64,000 bases of DNA from Salibacteraceae bacterium (GTDB lineage Bacteria > Bacteroidota > Bacteroidia > Flavobacteriales_D > Crocinitomicaceae). Of the stretch, positions 30,210-40,300 are shown piece after piece. The stretch is taken from positions 2,624 to 66,623 of the forward strand of contig JBLHVW010000003.1 in the NCBI GenBank assembly GCA_047628775.1, written 5' to 3'. The position numbers and the translations under genes were made by a program. Positions within the stretch are counted from its first letter, which is position 1; the number at the start of each line of letters is the position of its first letter. The notes beneath the pieces were generated by a model that saw nothing but the letters and a program-made list of their open reading frames with translations, was not told the DNA's origin and ran no database searches.

Positions 30210-32594
30210 TTAATTTTTCACCAAACGAATACGTGTTATCCGAGCATTTGTTTGAACGTTTGCCATGTAAATCCCAGGAGATAAATTCTCAATTGAGAAC
30301 GATCCTGTTGTTTCTTGCTGCACCAATGCTCCGTTTAAATTGAAGATCAAAACCGATTCAATTTGCTGATCCGTATCGATTGTTATAATTGTTGATGCTG
30401 GATTTGGATAAACCAGTACTGTTTTTTGTTCCATTTCGGTTAATCCTACTTCTGTTACTTCTGTACATTCTGTAAAGTCTGAACAACCCGATAAGGTTAC
30501 TTCACATGCATAATTACCATTTACAGTTGGAGTGAACGTTTGATTTGTTGCTCCTGGGATGATGTTGAAATTATCATCACAATCAACCCATTGGTATTCT
30601 ATTGCTCCTGCTTGATCTGCTGTTAATGTAATCCCTGATTCTGAAACTGAAGGATTCACTGTACAGCTAGATATGTTATCGAAGTAAAGAAATACTTGCG
30701 AGTATTGAATACTGCTCAGAATATCCAAATCACCATCAGCATTCAAATCAACTAAAGAAGTAAAATTTCGATAGGGATTTGGAGTAGTGTAGAACACATC
30801 TCTTAAAAAGAACGGGTTATTCTGCCCGCTTCCAAATGTAGGGTTAGATGTCGTTCCTGTATTTTCGAAAAATAAGAACCCTGGATCATTTGCTCTCTCT
30901 CCGCAAAGAAGATCCATATCTCCATCATTATCCAAATCTCCGAAGGAGATGGAAGAAATAGGATATGATCCACTTATTGGATTCAATCCGAAGGGACTTA
31001 AGACTGGAGTTCCAAAAGTTGGAGCTGACACTGAACCTGTATTTTCAGTAAAGTAAAACGATCCAGTAGCACCATCGAACGACACAAAATCAAGATCTGC
31101 ATCGTTATCCAAATCAACTAAAGTTGGAATATCTGTCGCGATTGTATTAATCATACCAAATGGGCTTGATTGTATCGCGGCGAAAGCAGGATTAGCCGCA
31201 TCTCCAGTATTTTCAACGAATCCTATCTCTCCATCCCAAGAATTTCTCCCAAATAAATCCAAATCTCCATCTGCATCAATATCCGCTAACGTCGGATTAT
31301 CAACTAGACTCGACGTTAGAGAAAATGGATTTATTATTGGTGTATTAAAATTGGCCAAAATAGCGGTACCGGCGTTTTGATAGTAATACAAATCACCATC
31401 CTTTTCTGCAATCATATCCATATCGCCATCGTTATCTAAATCACCAAACGATTGAGCTTCACCATGAATATCTCCCGTCGTTAGTGAAAACATACCCATG
31501 TGTCCATCAGTGAAATTTGGAGCTGAAATAGTGCCATTATTTTCGTAAAAACGAAGCTCTCCGTTGTATAAGTTAGGTGCAATAATATCAAAGGTTCCAT
31601 CTCCATTGAAGTCTCCTATAGTTGTACCACGCACTGTTCCAAAAAGATTCTTTAAATAAAATGGTTCAATTACAAATGCCGCTAAATTTGCGACAGTAGC
31701 AGTTCCCGTGTTTTCAAAATATTTAAATGCACTAGAAGTAGTAGCTAACACATCTAAATCACCATCGTTATCTAAGTCAACAAGTCTACTATCGCTTAGA
31801 TTTCCCATTGAGTTATAATCTACAACTGGAGCGGCGAAGTCTGGAGCAACATTAGTCCCTATGTTTTCATAGTAATCACTATTGGTGAACATGTCCAAGT
31901 CACCATCCCCATCAAAATCACCAAAGGTTGGGTTAGGTATGTGTGACGGAACAACAAGAGAGAATGGATTGGTAACCGGTGCGGCAAAATTTGGCGAAGA
32001 AGAAGTTCCAGTGTTTTCCAAGTATACAAAACTGATTACCCAAGAACCGTAATTGTATTCTCCAGCCAAAATATCATAATCTCCATCGTTATCCAAATCA
32101 ACAAATGCTGGTTTTATATATTGATTGGTAGAACTTAAAGAAAAGGGATTTGTTTGTAGAGCAGCGTAGTCTGGAGCCAATGTTGTTCCAGTATTCTCAT
32201 AATAAAAGAAATCACCATCTGCATTGGCTGCTAGGATGTCTAAATCTCCATCATTATCTAAATCTGCAGACGTAAGGCTACCTTCAACATTATTCGCTCC
32301 TGAAGGAACCGGCTGTAAAGAAAACATATTGACATGATTTTCTTGAAACTCAGTTTGTGCTCTCACATTTTGAACACCTAAGCTCATTACTGCAGAACAA
32401 CTTGCGGCAAGAACTGCTTTACGTTTGATGTTCAATTCTAAACTTTGCAGTTTAGCGAATAGGCGTTCAATGTGCTTCCGAAGAACACCTTGTCTGTGTT
32501 CGTTCTTTCCGTTTTGTTGCAAGCGAACAAGTTTGCTTCTGTATTTATTAAACTTTCTGAGAAGATCGTTAAATGTGTGTTTTTGTTTTTTCAT
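30210..32594 (-). CDS. FG-GAP/VCBS repeat protein with T9SS type A sorting domain and extended basic N-terminal region
   Basis: More than ten DLDNDGDxD-type repeats. Has a C-terminal Cys module (YQWVDCDDNFNIIPGATNQTFTPTVNGNYACEVT) and the tail VYPNPASTIITI...GIYMANVQT. Paralog of 32611..34950. Confidence 0.85.
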   Translation of the reverse strand: MKKQKHTFNDLLRKFNKYRSKLVRLQQNGKNEHRQGVLRKHIERLFAKLQSLELNIKRKAVLAASCSAVMSLGVQNVRAQTEFQENHVNMFSLQPVPSGANNVEGSLTSADLDNDGDLDILAANADGDFFYYENTGTTLAPDYAALQTNPFSLSSTNQYIKPAFVDLDNDGDYDILAGEYNYGSWVISFVYLENTGTSSSPNFAAPVTNPFSLVVPSHIPNPTFGDFDGDGDLDMFTNSDYYENIGTNVAPDFAAPVVDYNSMGNLSDSRLVDLDNDGDLDVLATTSSAFKYFENTGTATVANLAAFVIEPFYLKNLFGTVRGTTIGDFNGDGTFDIIAPNLYNGELRFYENNGTISAPNFTDGHMGMFSLTTGDIHGEAQSFGDLDNDGDMDMIAEKDGDLYYYQNAGTAILANFNTPIINPFSLTSSLVDNPTLADIDADGDLDLFGRNSWDGEIGFVENTGDAANPAFAAIQSSPFGMINTIATDIPTLVDLDNDADLDFVSFDGATGSFYFTENTGSVSAPTFGTPVLSPFGLNPISGSYPISSISFGDLDNDGDMDLLCGERANDPGFLFFENTGTTSNPTFGSGQNNPFFLRDVFYTTPNPYRNFTSLVDLNADGDLDILSSIQYSQVFLYFDNISSCTVNPSVSESGITLTADQAGAIEYQWVDCDDNFNIIPGATNQTFTPTVNGNYACEVTLSGCSDFTECTEVTEVGLTEMEQKTVLVYPNPASTIITIDTDQQIESVLIFNLNGALVQQETTGSFSIENLSPGIYMANVQTNARITRIRLVKN

Positions 32595-32610
32595 AATGTA
32601 ATTTATAATG

Positions 32611-34950
32611 TTATTGTTTCATGAATTTAACACGTGCCAATCCTGTGCTTGTTTTAACATTCAGCATGTAAATTCCTGAATCCAACCCTTCAATTGAGAA
32701 TGAAGCTGTTGTTTCTGATTGAATTAAAACTCCCGATAAATCGAAGATCAATATAGAGCTGATTTCATCTTCCGAATCAATTGTGATTTGATCCGTTGCC
32801 GGATTTGGATAAACGTTCACATGGGTCTTATACACTTCATCCAATCCAATCGTTGTAATTGCAATACATTCTGTATAATCAGCACATCCTACCAATGTAA
32901 CTTCACATGCATAATTTCCATTTACAGTTGGTGTAAATGATTGATTTGTTTCACCTGGAATAATGTTGAAGTTGTCGTCACAATCCACCCAGTAATATTC
33001 AATTGCACCAGCTTGATCTGCAGTCAGTGTATTTCCTGTTTGGGTAACGCTTGTATTCACTGAACAACCTGAAATGTTTTCGAAGTAGTAGAAATCTCCA
33101 CTATTACCACCTGTTAAGAGGTCCAAATCACCATCTCCGTCCAAATCACCAAATGTAGGACTCGGATTACCAGTTCCGTAAAATAGTGAGAATGGATTAA
33201 CAACTCCCACGTCAAAGTTAGGAACGGAAGCCGTTCCAATGTTTTCTTGATAGCGCCATCCATTGTTTGAACAAACCAATGCATCCAAATCTCCATCTTC
33301 ATCCAGATCAACAAAACTAGGACTAGAGTTTGATGCAGAATTCATCAGTGAAAAGGGATTGGTTTGAAAAGCAGCGAACACTGGAACAGAACTAGTTCCT
33401 GTATTTTCAAAATAGGATAATCCTTGATTAACACTGCCATTCAAAATATCCAAATCTCCATCGTTATCCAGATCCCCAAACGTTGGCCTAGAGCTCCATA
33501 GTCCGGTTGTTACAATAGAATATGGATTCGTTTGCATTACACCAAAAGAAGGAGCTAATGTAGTCCCTGTATTTTCAAAATAAATAAGCTCTCCAAACCC
33601 TTCACCAGTCATTAAATCTAAATCACCATCAGCATCCAAATCAACGAATTCAGGAAATAGACTGCCAGATCCAATATTTGTTAGAGAGAATGGATTTGAC
33701 TGAAATACAGAATACACCGGCACTGCTAAAGAACCAATATTTTCATAAAATGCGAAATCCCCATTGTTATCTCCAGTTAGTATATCTAAATCTCCATCTC
33801 CATCCAAATCACCTAATGTCGCTGAATTTCTTACTCCATTACTGGCTAAAGAAAATGGGTTTGCAAAAATATTTTCAAAAGCAGAAACGGTTGGTGTTCC
33901 GATATTCCCGAAATAGAAAAAATCCCCAACGTTATTTGCCTGAATCATATCAAGATCTCCATCATTATTCAAGTCAACAAAACATGGATCTTGACCATTA
34001 TAAATTGGCGAAAGGGCAAATGAATTAACTTCTTCTGGACCAAAAACTGGAACAGCTGACGTGCCTGTATTTTCAAAAAAGCTTGTTAAACCTCCTCTTC
34101 CAGAAAGTAAATCAAAATCACCATCTCCATCTACGTCACCAAAAGATGGAGATAACCAACCTGTTGATGAAGAGAGAGAAAATGGATTCGTTTGATCTAC
34201 AGCAAAATTTGGAGAAGTAGACGTTCCTATATTTTCGAAATAGTGAAAATCGGAAGTTTCCTCTCCTGCCATTAAGTCAAAATCACCATCATCGTCTATA
34301 TCTACAAATGATGAGTGCAAATATGACCCAGTAGTTGTTAAAGAGAAAGGGTTCATCTGTGGTGTTCCAAAAGCTGGAGCAGATACTGTCCCCGTGTTTT
34401 CAACGTAGATGAATTCACCGGCAACGTTCCCGTGCATTAAATCAAAATCTCCATCTCCATCGAGATCTACAAATTCAGTTGAAAAATTATTCGGTACTGT
34501 TGTAAGAGAAAACGGATTCACTTGTTCAGCGTTAAAGGATGGTGCTGATGCCGTTCCTGTATTTTCAAAATAGTGAACATCACCAGAATACGTGCCAGAA
34601 ATAGCATCATAATCTCCATCATTATCAAGATCCGCAAATGATACAGCGAACATATAGCCAGTAGTACTCGATAGATTAAACGGATTAGGTTCAGGCGAGT
34701 AAAAGTCTATCTGAGCATTCGTTTCTTGAATACCTATTCCCATTATTGCTGTAAAGCTTGCTGCAAGAATAGCTTTACGCTGCATATTAAAATGGAATCC
34801 GTTAAGCTTAACAATGAGTCGTTCAATGTGCTTTAAAAGAACTCCTTGACGGTGCGAATTTATTCCGTTTTCTTGTAAACGGGCAAGCTTGTTTCTATAC
34901 TTATTGAGCCTTCTTAGAAGGTCATTAAATGTGAGTATTTGTTTTTTCAT
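32611..34950 (-). CDS. FG-GAP/VCBS repeat protein with T9SS type A sorting domain and extended basic N-terminal region
   Basis: Same architecture as 30210..32594. The N-terminal 65 aa are about two-thirds identical by eye. Tail is VYPNPATDQITI...GIYMLNVKT. Confidence 0.85.
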   Translation of the reverse strand: MKKQILTFNDLLRRLNKYRNKLARLQENGINSHRQGVLLKHIERLIVKLNGFHFNMQRKAILAASFTAIMGIGIQETNAQIDFYSPEPNPFNLSSTTGYMFAVSFADLDNDGDYDAISGTYSGDVHYFENTGTASAPSFNAEQVNPFSLTTVPNNFSTEFVDLDGDGDFDLMHGNVAGEFIYVENTGTVSAPAFGTPQMNPFSLTTTGSYLHSSFVDIDDDGDFDLMAGEETSDFHYFENIGTSTSPNFAVDQTNPFSLSSSTGWLSPSFGDVDGDGDFDLLSGRGGLTSFFENTGTSAVPVFGPEEVNSFALSPIYNGQDPCFVDLNNDGDLDMIQANNVGDFFYFGNIGTPTVSAFENIFANPFSLASNGVRNSATLGDLDGDGDLDILTGDNNGDFAFYENIGSLAVPVYSVFQSNPFSLTNIGSGSLFPEFVDLDADGDLDLMTGEGFGELIYFENTGTTLAPSFGVMQTNPYSIVTTGLWSSRPTFGDLDNDGDLDILNGSVNQGLSYFENTGTSSVPVFAAFQTNPFSLMNSASNSSPSFVDLDEDGDLDALVCSNNGWRYQENIGTASVPNFDVGVVNPFSLFYGTGNPSPTFGDLDGDGDLDLLTGGNSGDFYYFENISGCSVNTSVTQTGNTLTADQAGAIEYYWVDCDDNFNIIPGETNQSFTPTVNGNYACEVTLVGCADYTECIAITTIGLDEVYKTHVNVYPNPATDQITIDSEDEISSILIFDLSGVLIQSETTASFSIEGLDSGIYMLNVKTSTGLARVKFMKQ

Positions 34951-34970
34951 AATGGTGGTGATTGGTTCTT

Positions 34971-36047
34971 TTATTGTTGATCAGGATTTGCCCAAAAGGT
35001 ATTTCCTGGGATCGAAAGTGATTGTTTATGAAGTGGATTGATTGTATTTAAAATATTTGGTCGAATCATTTCTTGAAGAATTGATACTTCATAAATTTCA
35101 TCGACGCTTGTTTGGTAGTTGATCTCCCCTACTTCGGCTTGTGTTGGGAGGTGAATAACTTTAACTCCTGCGAAATCAGCCTTCTCAGAAAATGCAAGTT
35201 TGGCAAATGTGCTGGAGTTTTTGCGCAACTTTGAGAAGCCAACAAAAGCGTAATCTTGGTAGATATCGAGTCCTCTGCAGAAACCATCAAAAGCCTTCAC
35301 AACTTCATACGATTTGTTTTCAATATTCACTTTGATCAATTCTCCTTTCGCAGATTGCAAAACATACAGTTCTCCGTTGTACATTCGAGGTGAATGTGGC
35401 ATTGCCAAACCATCTAAAATGATTTCATTGGTTTCAATGTCGATTAAAACTCCACCAGATGTAATGTTGTCTCTCCAACCTTGACGGGTATTTGTAGTTC
35501 CCAATGCTGTAGCGTATTTCGGCTTTCCATCAACCATAACCAAACCATTTAGGTGGCATCTGTCTTCTGAAGCTAACTTATCAATAAATAGTGGTTGCCA
35601 AATCGGTTTAAAGTTGAAGTTTCCATCTACTTTACAAATGCAAGAGAACGATGTATTCACAGCGTAGATTCCATCATCACCAAAAGCAATATCGTGCATA
35701 TCTACTTGCCCTGTATGAAATGTGATTCGTGGTAACCATAAGCTATCATACGTATCTTGTTTGTTTGGATAATGGGCTGCAAGCTCTCTTGAATTCTCTA
35801 ATAAATACACTTCGTCTTTAGCCGCAACCAACATTTTATCGCCCTTTACAGCGATTCCCATTGGTTTTTCAAAAGTTCGAGGTAAAGTTGTCAATCGTTC
35901 CTTATCTGGATTCGGACTGATAAAAACTAGCTTTCCAGCCTGATAAGTTGTTAGAGCAATAGTACAATTGAGATTTAATAAAAGTTCAGGAAGTTGAGGA
36001 GAGTAACTGCACGTGAACGGTGCATGTTGGATAGTTTGTGTATTCAT
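34971..36047 (-). CDS. TIGR03032/DUF4915-like conserved hypothetical protein
   Basis: FTCSYSPQLPELL, TTYQAGKLVFIS, EDRCHLNGLVMVDGKPKYATALG, GWRDN..GGVLIDI, MPHSPRMYNGELYVLQSAKGELI and FVGFSKLR match my recollection of the invariant blocks of this family. Confidence 0.7.
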   Translation of the reverse strand: MNTQTIQHAPFTCSYSPQLPELLLNLNCTIALTTYQAGKLVFISPNPDKERLTTLPRTFEKPMGIAVKGDKMLVAAKDEVYLLENSRELAAHYPNKQDTYDSLWLPRITFHTGQVDMHDIAFGDDGIYAVNTSFSCICKVDGNFNFKPIWQPLFIDKLASEDRCHLNGLVMVDGKPKYATALGTTNTRQGWRDNITSGGVLIDIETNEIILDGLAMPHSPRMYNGELYVLQSAKGELIKVNIENKSYEVVKAFDGFCRGLDIYQDYAFVGFSKLRKNSSTFAKLAFSEKADFAGVKVIHLPTQAEVGEINYQTSVDEIYEVSILQEMIRPNILNTINPLHKQSLSIPGNTFWANPDQQ

Positions 36048-36116
36048 TTTTCGCTTTAACGCTTATGTCATATAAGCAGTTCCTTATCAAGGATAAAGGA
36101 ATTCGACGAAATAATT

Positions 36117-36190
36117 TGAAGACACTTTGTGAACCGCAAATTGGGTTAGTGAATGGTACTTCGACAAGCTCAGTGACTGTTCGATTGAAG
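36117..36190 (-). repeat. conserved upstream element, copy 1 (before the TIGR03032-like gene)
   Basis: ACACTTTGTGAACCGCAAATTGGGTTAGTGAATGGTACTTCGACAAGCTCAGTGAC is similar to 40690-40772 and, in its right half, to 37248-37320. Confidence 0.7.
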
Positions 36191-36220
36191 CTCTTGCGAA
36201 AAAAGGTTATCAAAAATTTT

Positions 36221-37245
36221 CTATTCTATCGTTACAGTAGAACCACATGTATCATCACCATTAGCAATCAAAAAACCTTTTGAACTTCCCCCAACGCAAT
36301 AATAAACATCTGTAGAACAGATATAAGTAGTAGACCCACCTGAGCTTAATGTTGAAGTTAATCCTGAATCAGTTATTATTTTCAAAGATACTCCAGAGTT
36401 GTTTTTGATAGTATAATTAGATGCTCCTCCAGCTCCAGCTGTTTTTTTTGCTTTCATTTTTTTCGACAACCCTCTTGACTGTTCTTGTCTTAGCTTTAAA
36501 AAATCGGCAGTCTCAGCTTTAATATCAGCATCTATCACCGTCTCTTTTGATTTATCTCCAGCCAAATGCTTTTCATTCATCGCATTTAGATAGGCTTTAA
36601 TTGCCTCATCAAGTTTCATACTCTTTAACTTCTCCTCACTTGGAGTCCCTTTCACTCCATTTTTTCAGAGCATCCTTAGCTGCAGCAATTTTTTCTTTCA
36701 TTGTCATGTTTGCCTTAGCCTCTTCTTTCGCTTCAGCGGCAGCAGTTACTTCTTCGTCTGTTTGTTTAATCAGAAATATTCTTCCAATTCTTTTATAGAT
36801 TAAACCATCTGAAATACCTTCCAATGTAATCAACATATCATCAATAAAAACATACCCCCACTTTTGTGTACTTATGCGCAACTAAACTAGGATATAATCT
36901 ACTATATGAAATTTCATCTGACCCCATAAAACCTCTTGAATCTCCACCTTCTTCATATCCAATGAAACCACAATAATTTCCTTTTTCTGTTTTCTGTGTT
37001 TTAACTGTTACGACTCTGTGTGGATTTTCTGCGTGATAATATCCTTCCTTTTCTGGTACTGCACTCGTAAATATGTACTCTTGAAATTTAGTCCCTTCAA
37101 CTTTTGCTATTCCTTCATAAAAGGAATCTTGCGCTTTAACCCCAGTTGATATAGCAATTAAGTCAGTGCTACTAACACTGCGTTTTTCATGATTTTTTAT
37201 TGTTTTGATACCCGAATGCATGCAATAGCAGAAATAGCGCAGCAA
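36221..37245 (-). pseudogene. hypothetical protein gene broken by two frameshifts at homopolymer runs
   Basis: Three consecutive overlapping minus-strand ORFs (36841..37245, 36636..36881, 36221..36655). The frame changes are confined to 36843-36881 (contains a G5 run) and 36636-36668 (contains an A6 run). Confidence 0.55.
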
Positions 37246-37247
37246 TA

Positions 37248-37320
37248 CAATTTGTGAGGAACGATTTGGCTTAATAAATGGTATTTCGACAAGCTCAATG
37301 GCCTATGGTTTGAACATGGC
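37248..37320 (-). repeat. conserved upstream element, copy 2
   Basis: AATGGTATTTCGACAAGCTCAATGGCCTATGGTTTGAACATGG matches the right half of 40690-40772 almost exactly. Confidence 0.65.
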
Positions 37321-37334
37321 TTTTCCTCAATAGT

Positions 37335-40300
37335 TTACTGTTTAACAAATCTTTTTCTGACAGTCCCTTTACTTGTGAAAATCACAGCTGTATAAGTTCC
37401 TGTTGCAAGATACTCTACCGAAAAAGATGACGCATAGTGCACATCTACCAATACACCTGTCAAATCATATATCGCTACTTTTTCCAATGTCTGTTCCGTT
37501 TCAATAGTCAATATCGAGAACGATGGATTTGGAAATAGCTTAAGCGATGTCAAATTGTTTTCGTCAATACCTATAGTATTTATGCTTTCACATACAGATG
37601 TTTCAGTACAATTTCCAACAGTTACTTCAACTGCATAATTTCCATTTACCGTCGGAGCAAATGATTGGCCTATTTCACCTGCAATTGGCGAATGGTTATC
37701 ATCACAATCAACCCATTGGTAAGAATCTGCATCGGAATTAGTTGCGACTATTCCATTATTTACCATGACAATTGTTGCATCAACTGTGGTAATGGTTACC
37801 ATTTGACTATGCGTAATTGTATTTCCAGCAGCATCTTCAAGTGTCCATATGATCGTTGTTGCAGCAGTGATTGGATAAGTTGCGTCATTCGATATAGTTA
37901 CTACACCTGAACAGTTGTCCGTTGCCGTTGGAGGCGTTAAACTAGCCACTTCGCATACTGCCGTTATTCCTGGAACACAAGGACCATCTAAAAGAGGAGC
38001 CGTTATATCTTGAACTACTATTAATTGAATTACGTTTATTGAATTACCACAATTATCCGTAATGCTATATGTTCTTGTAATCGTTTCTGGGTTTGACAAA
38101 CCATCAGACACATCAGAGACAAATGCTACTGTAGGTGATGAACAATTGTCAGCTTCATCTGTAATGATCAAAATATCTTGAGCTGGAATATCTCCAGAGC
38201 ATTCAACATTCTCTGTAGCTGGGTTACTCGCAGTTGGCGGTGTAACGTCAAGAATATTGATCGTTTGATCTACCAATATTTGATTACCACAGTCATCCGT
38301 AATGGAAAATGTTCGGGTAATAATCTCCGGACAAACACCACCGTTCGAGACATCACTAACCCACACCACTATTGGTGTATTTCCGTTATCTGCTTCATCT
38401 GTTACAACTATAGGATCAGGAGCAGGCACATCAGAACTGCATTCTACATTCACAGTATTTGGATTACTTGCTGTTGGACTTGTTACATCACTAACAACAA
38501 TTGTTTGTGTTACTGTAATCTGATTACCACAGTCATCCGTGACTGAGTAAGTTCTTGTTATTGTTTCTGGACAACTGCTACCATCCGAGACATCACCTAC
38601 CCACCCCACTATTGGGGTAACCGTGCAATTATCAGCTTCGTTTAGAATTACCAATGGATCTGGTACAGGAACATCCGATATAAGTTCAACAACTATTCCT
38701 CCTGGGACACTTGCAGTTGGAAGGGTAACATCACTAACCGTTATTGTTTGTTCAACTGTTATTGAGTTTCCACAAGCATCAGTGATTGAATACGTTCTTG
38801 TAATCGTTTCTGGACAAGAACCACCATCCGATAAATCGCTTACAAAAGCAACTACTGGAATTGAACAATTATCTACCTCGTCAGTTACTACTAAGACATC
38901 CTGAGCTGGAATATCACTTGCGCATTCAACATTAATTGCAACAGGATTAGAACCCGTAGGGTTAATATTGTCGTCGATAGTATAGGTGTATGTGTAAACA
39001 GAAGAGTTCCCTATATAATCTGTATACGTATACGTGTAAATTTTATCTCCTAAACAGGCAGGATTAGCCCCAACATTAATAACAGGAACTATTGTAGTCC
39101 CGCATTCATCAGTGACATTTGGTGAAGCTGATTGAACAGCATCAGTAATACAATTCACCGTTGACGAGCCATTGGATGGGACAACAGGATTAAGAGTAGG
39201 TACACATTGTGTGATTTTTTCAAGAAAGATATCATTAAGTCCGTTAGATGTTACGTTGAACGTTCCAACATTAGGATCAAAGTCTGCAGTTCCTGCAAAA
39301 TCTCCAAGTGCATATATGTTGTCATTTATATCAACACTTATTGAGCGACCAAAATCGAAATCAGTACCGCCAAAATTTCTAGCCCAAACAAGATCTCCAT
39401 TCGAATCAAGTTTTTGAATATATACATCGGTACTACCATTTGTTATTAGGTTTGATGTACCAGCATTTGGGTCAAAATCTACAGTTGATTGAAACCTACC
39501 CGTTGTATACACATTCCCGGCTAAATCAAGACTTAAAGATCTCCCTTCATCATCTACACCCCCCCCCATAACCTTTGTCCATAACATATTCCCGTTTTGA
39601 TCAAGTTTTTGTACAAATATGTCAGAGCTTCCATTTGAGGTATAATTTAATGTTCCAGCACCTGGGTCAAAATCTACCGTTGACAAAAAAAAACCTGTAG
39701 TATATATATCCCCAGTTTGATTTATCTCAAGACCATACGCAATATCAACTCCAGTACCTCCAAAGCTCTTTGCCCAAAGAAAATTGCCGTTTGGATCAAG
39801 TTTTTGAATGTAAACATCATGTGCTCCATTGCTATTCAAAACTGATGTTCCAGCACCTGGATCAAAATCTACAGAGCCAATGAAAAACCCAGTTGTGTAT
39901 ACATTACCATTTAAATCTGCACGGGTAACTTCTCCACGTTCATCATTCCCACCACCGAAGACTTTTGCCCAAAGAAGATCACCATTAGAATCAAGTTTTT
40001 GAACGAAAACATCAGAGCTTCCATTTGAAGAATAATTCAAAATTCCAGCGCCTGGATCAAAATCGGCTGTTCCAGAAAAGTAGCCTGTTGTAATCACATT
40101 TCCATTGGCATCAATACTAACTGATTGTCCAAAATCCCAAGCAGAACCTCCAAATCCTTTTGCCCATAGTAAATTCCCATTTGGATCAAGTTTTTGAATA
40201 AACACATCGCAGCCTCCTGCAACAGTTAAATTTGTAATTCCTGCATTTGGGTCGAAATCTGTTGTTCCCCAGAAATATCCTGTCGTATAAACATTACCCG

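Noticed and set aside
37665-39417. Several 70-120-aa plus-strand ORFs (e.g. 38178..38546, 38623..38904)
   Set aside because: All are antisense to the 1097-aa SBBP/Ig-repeat gene, have low-complexity translations, and lack motifs or plausible starts.
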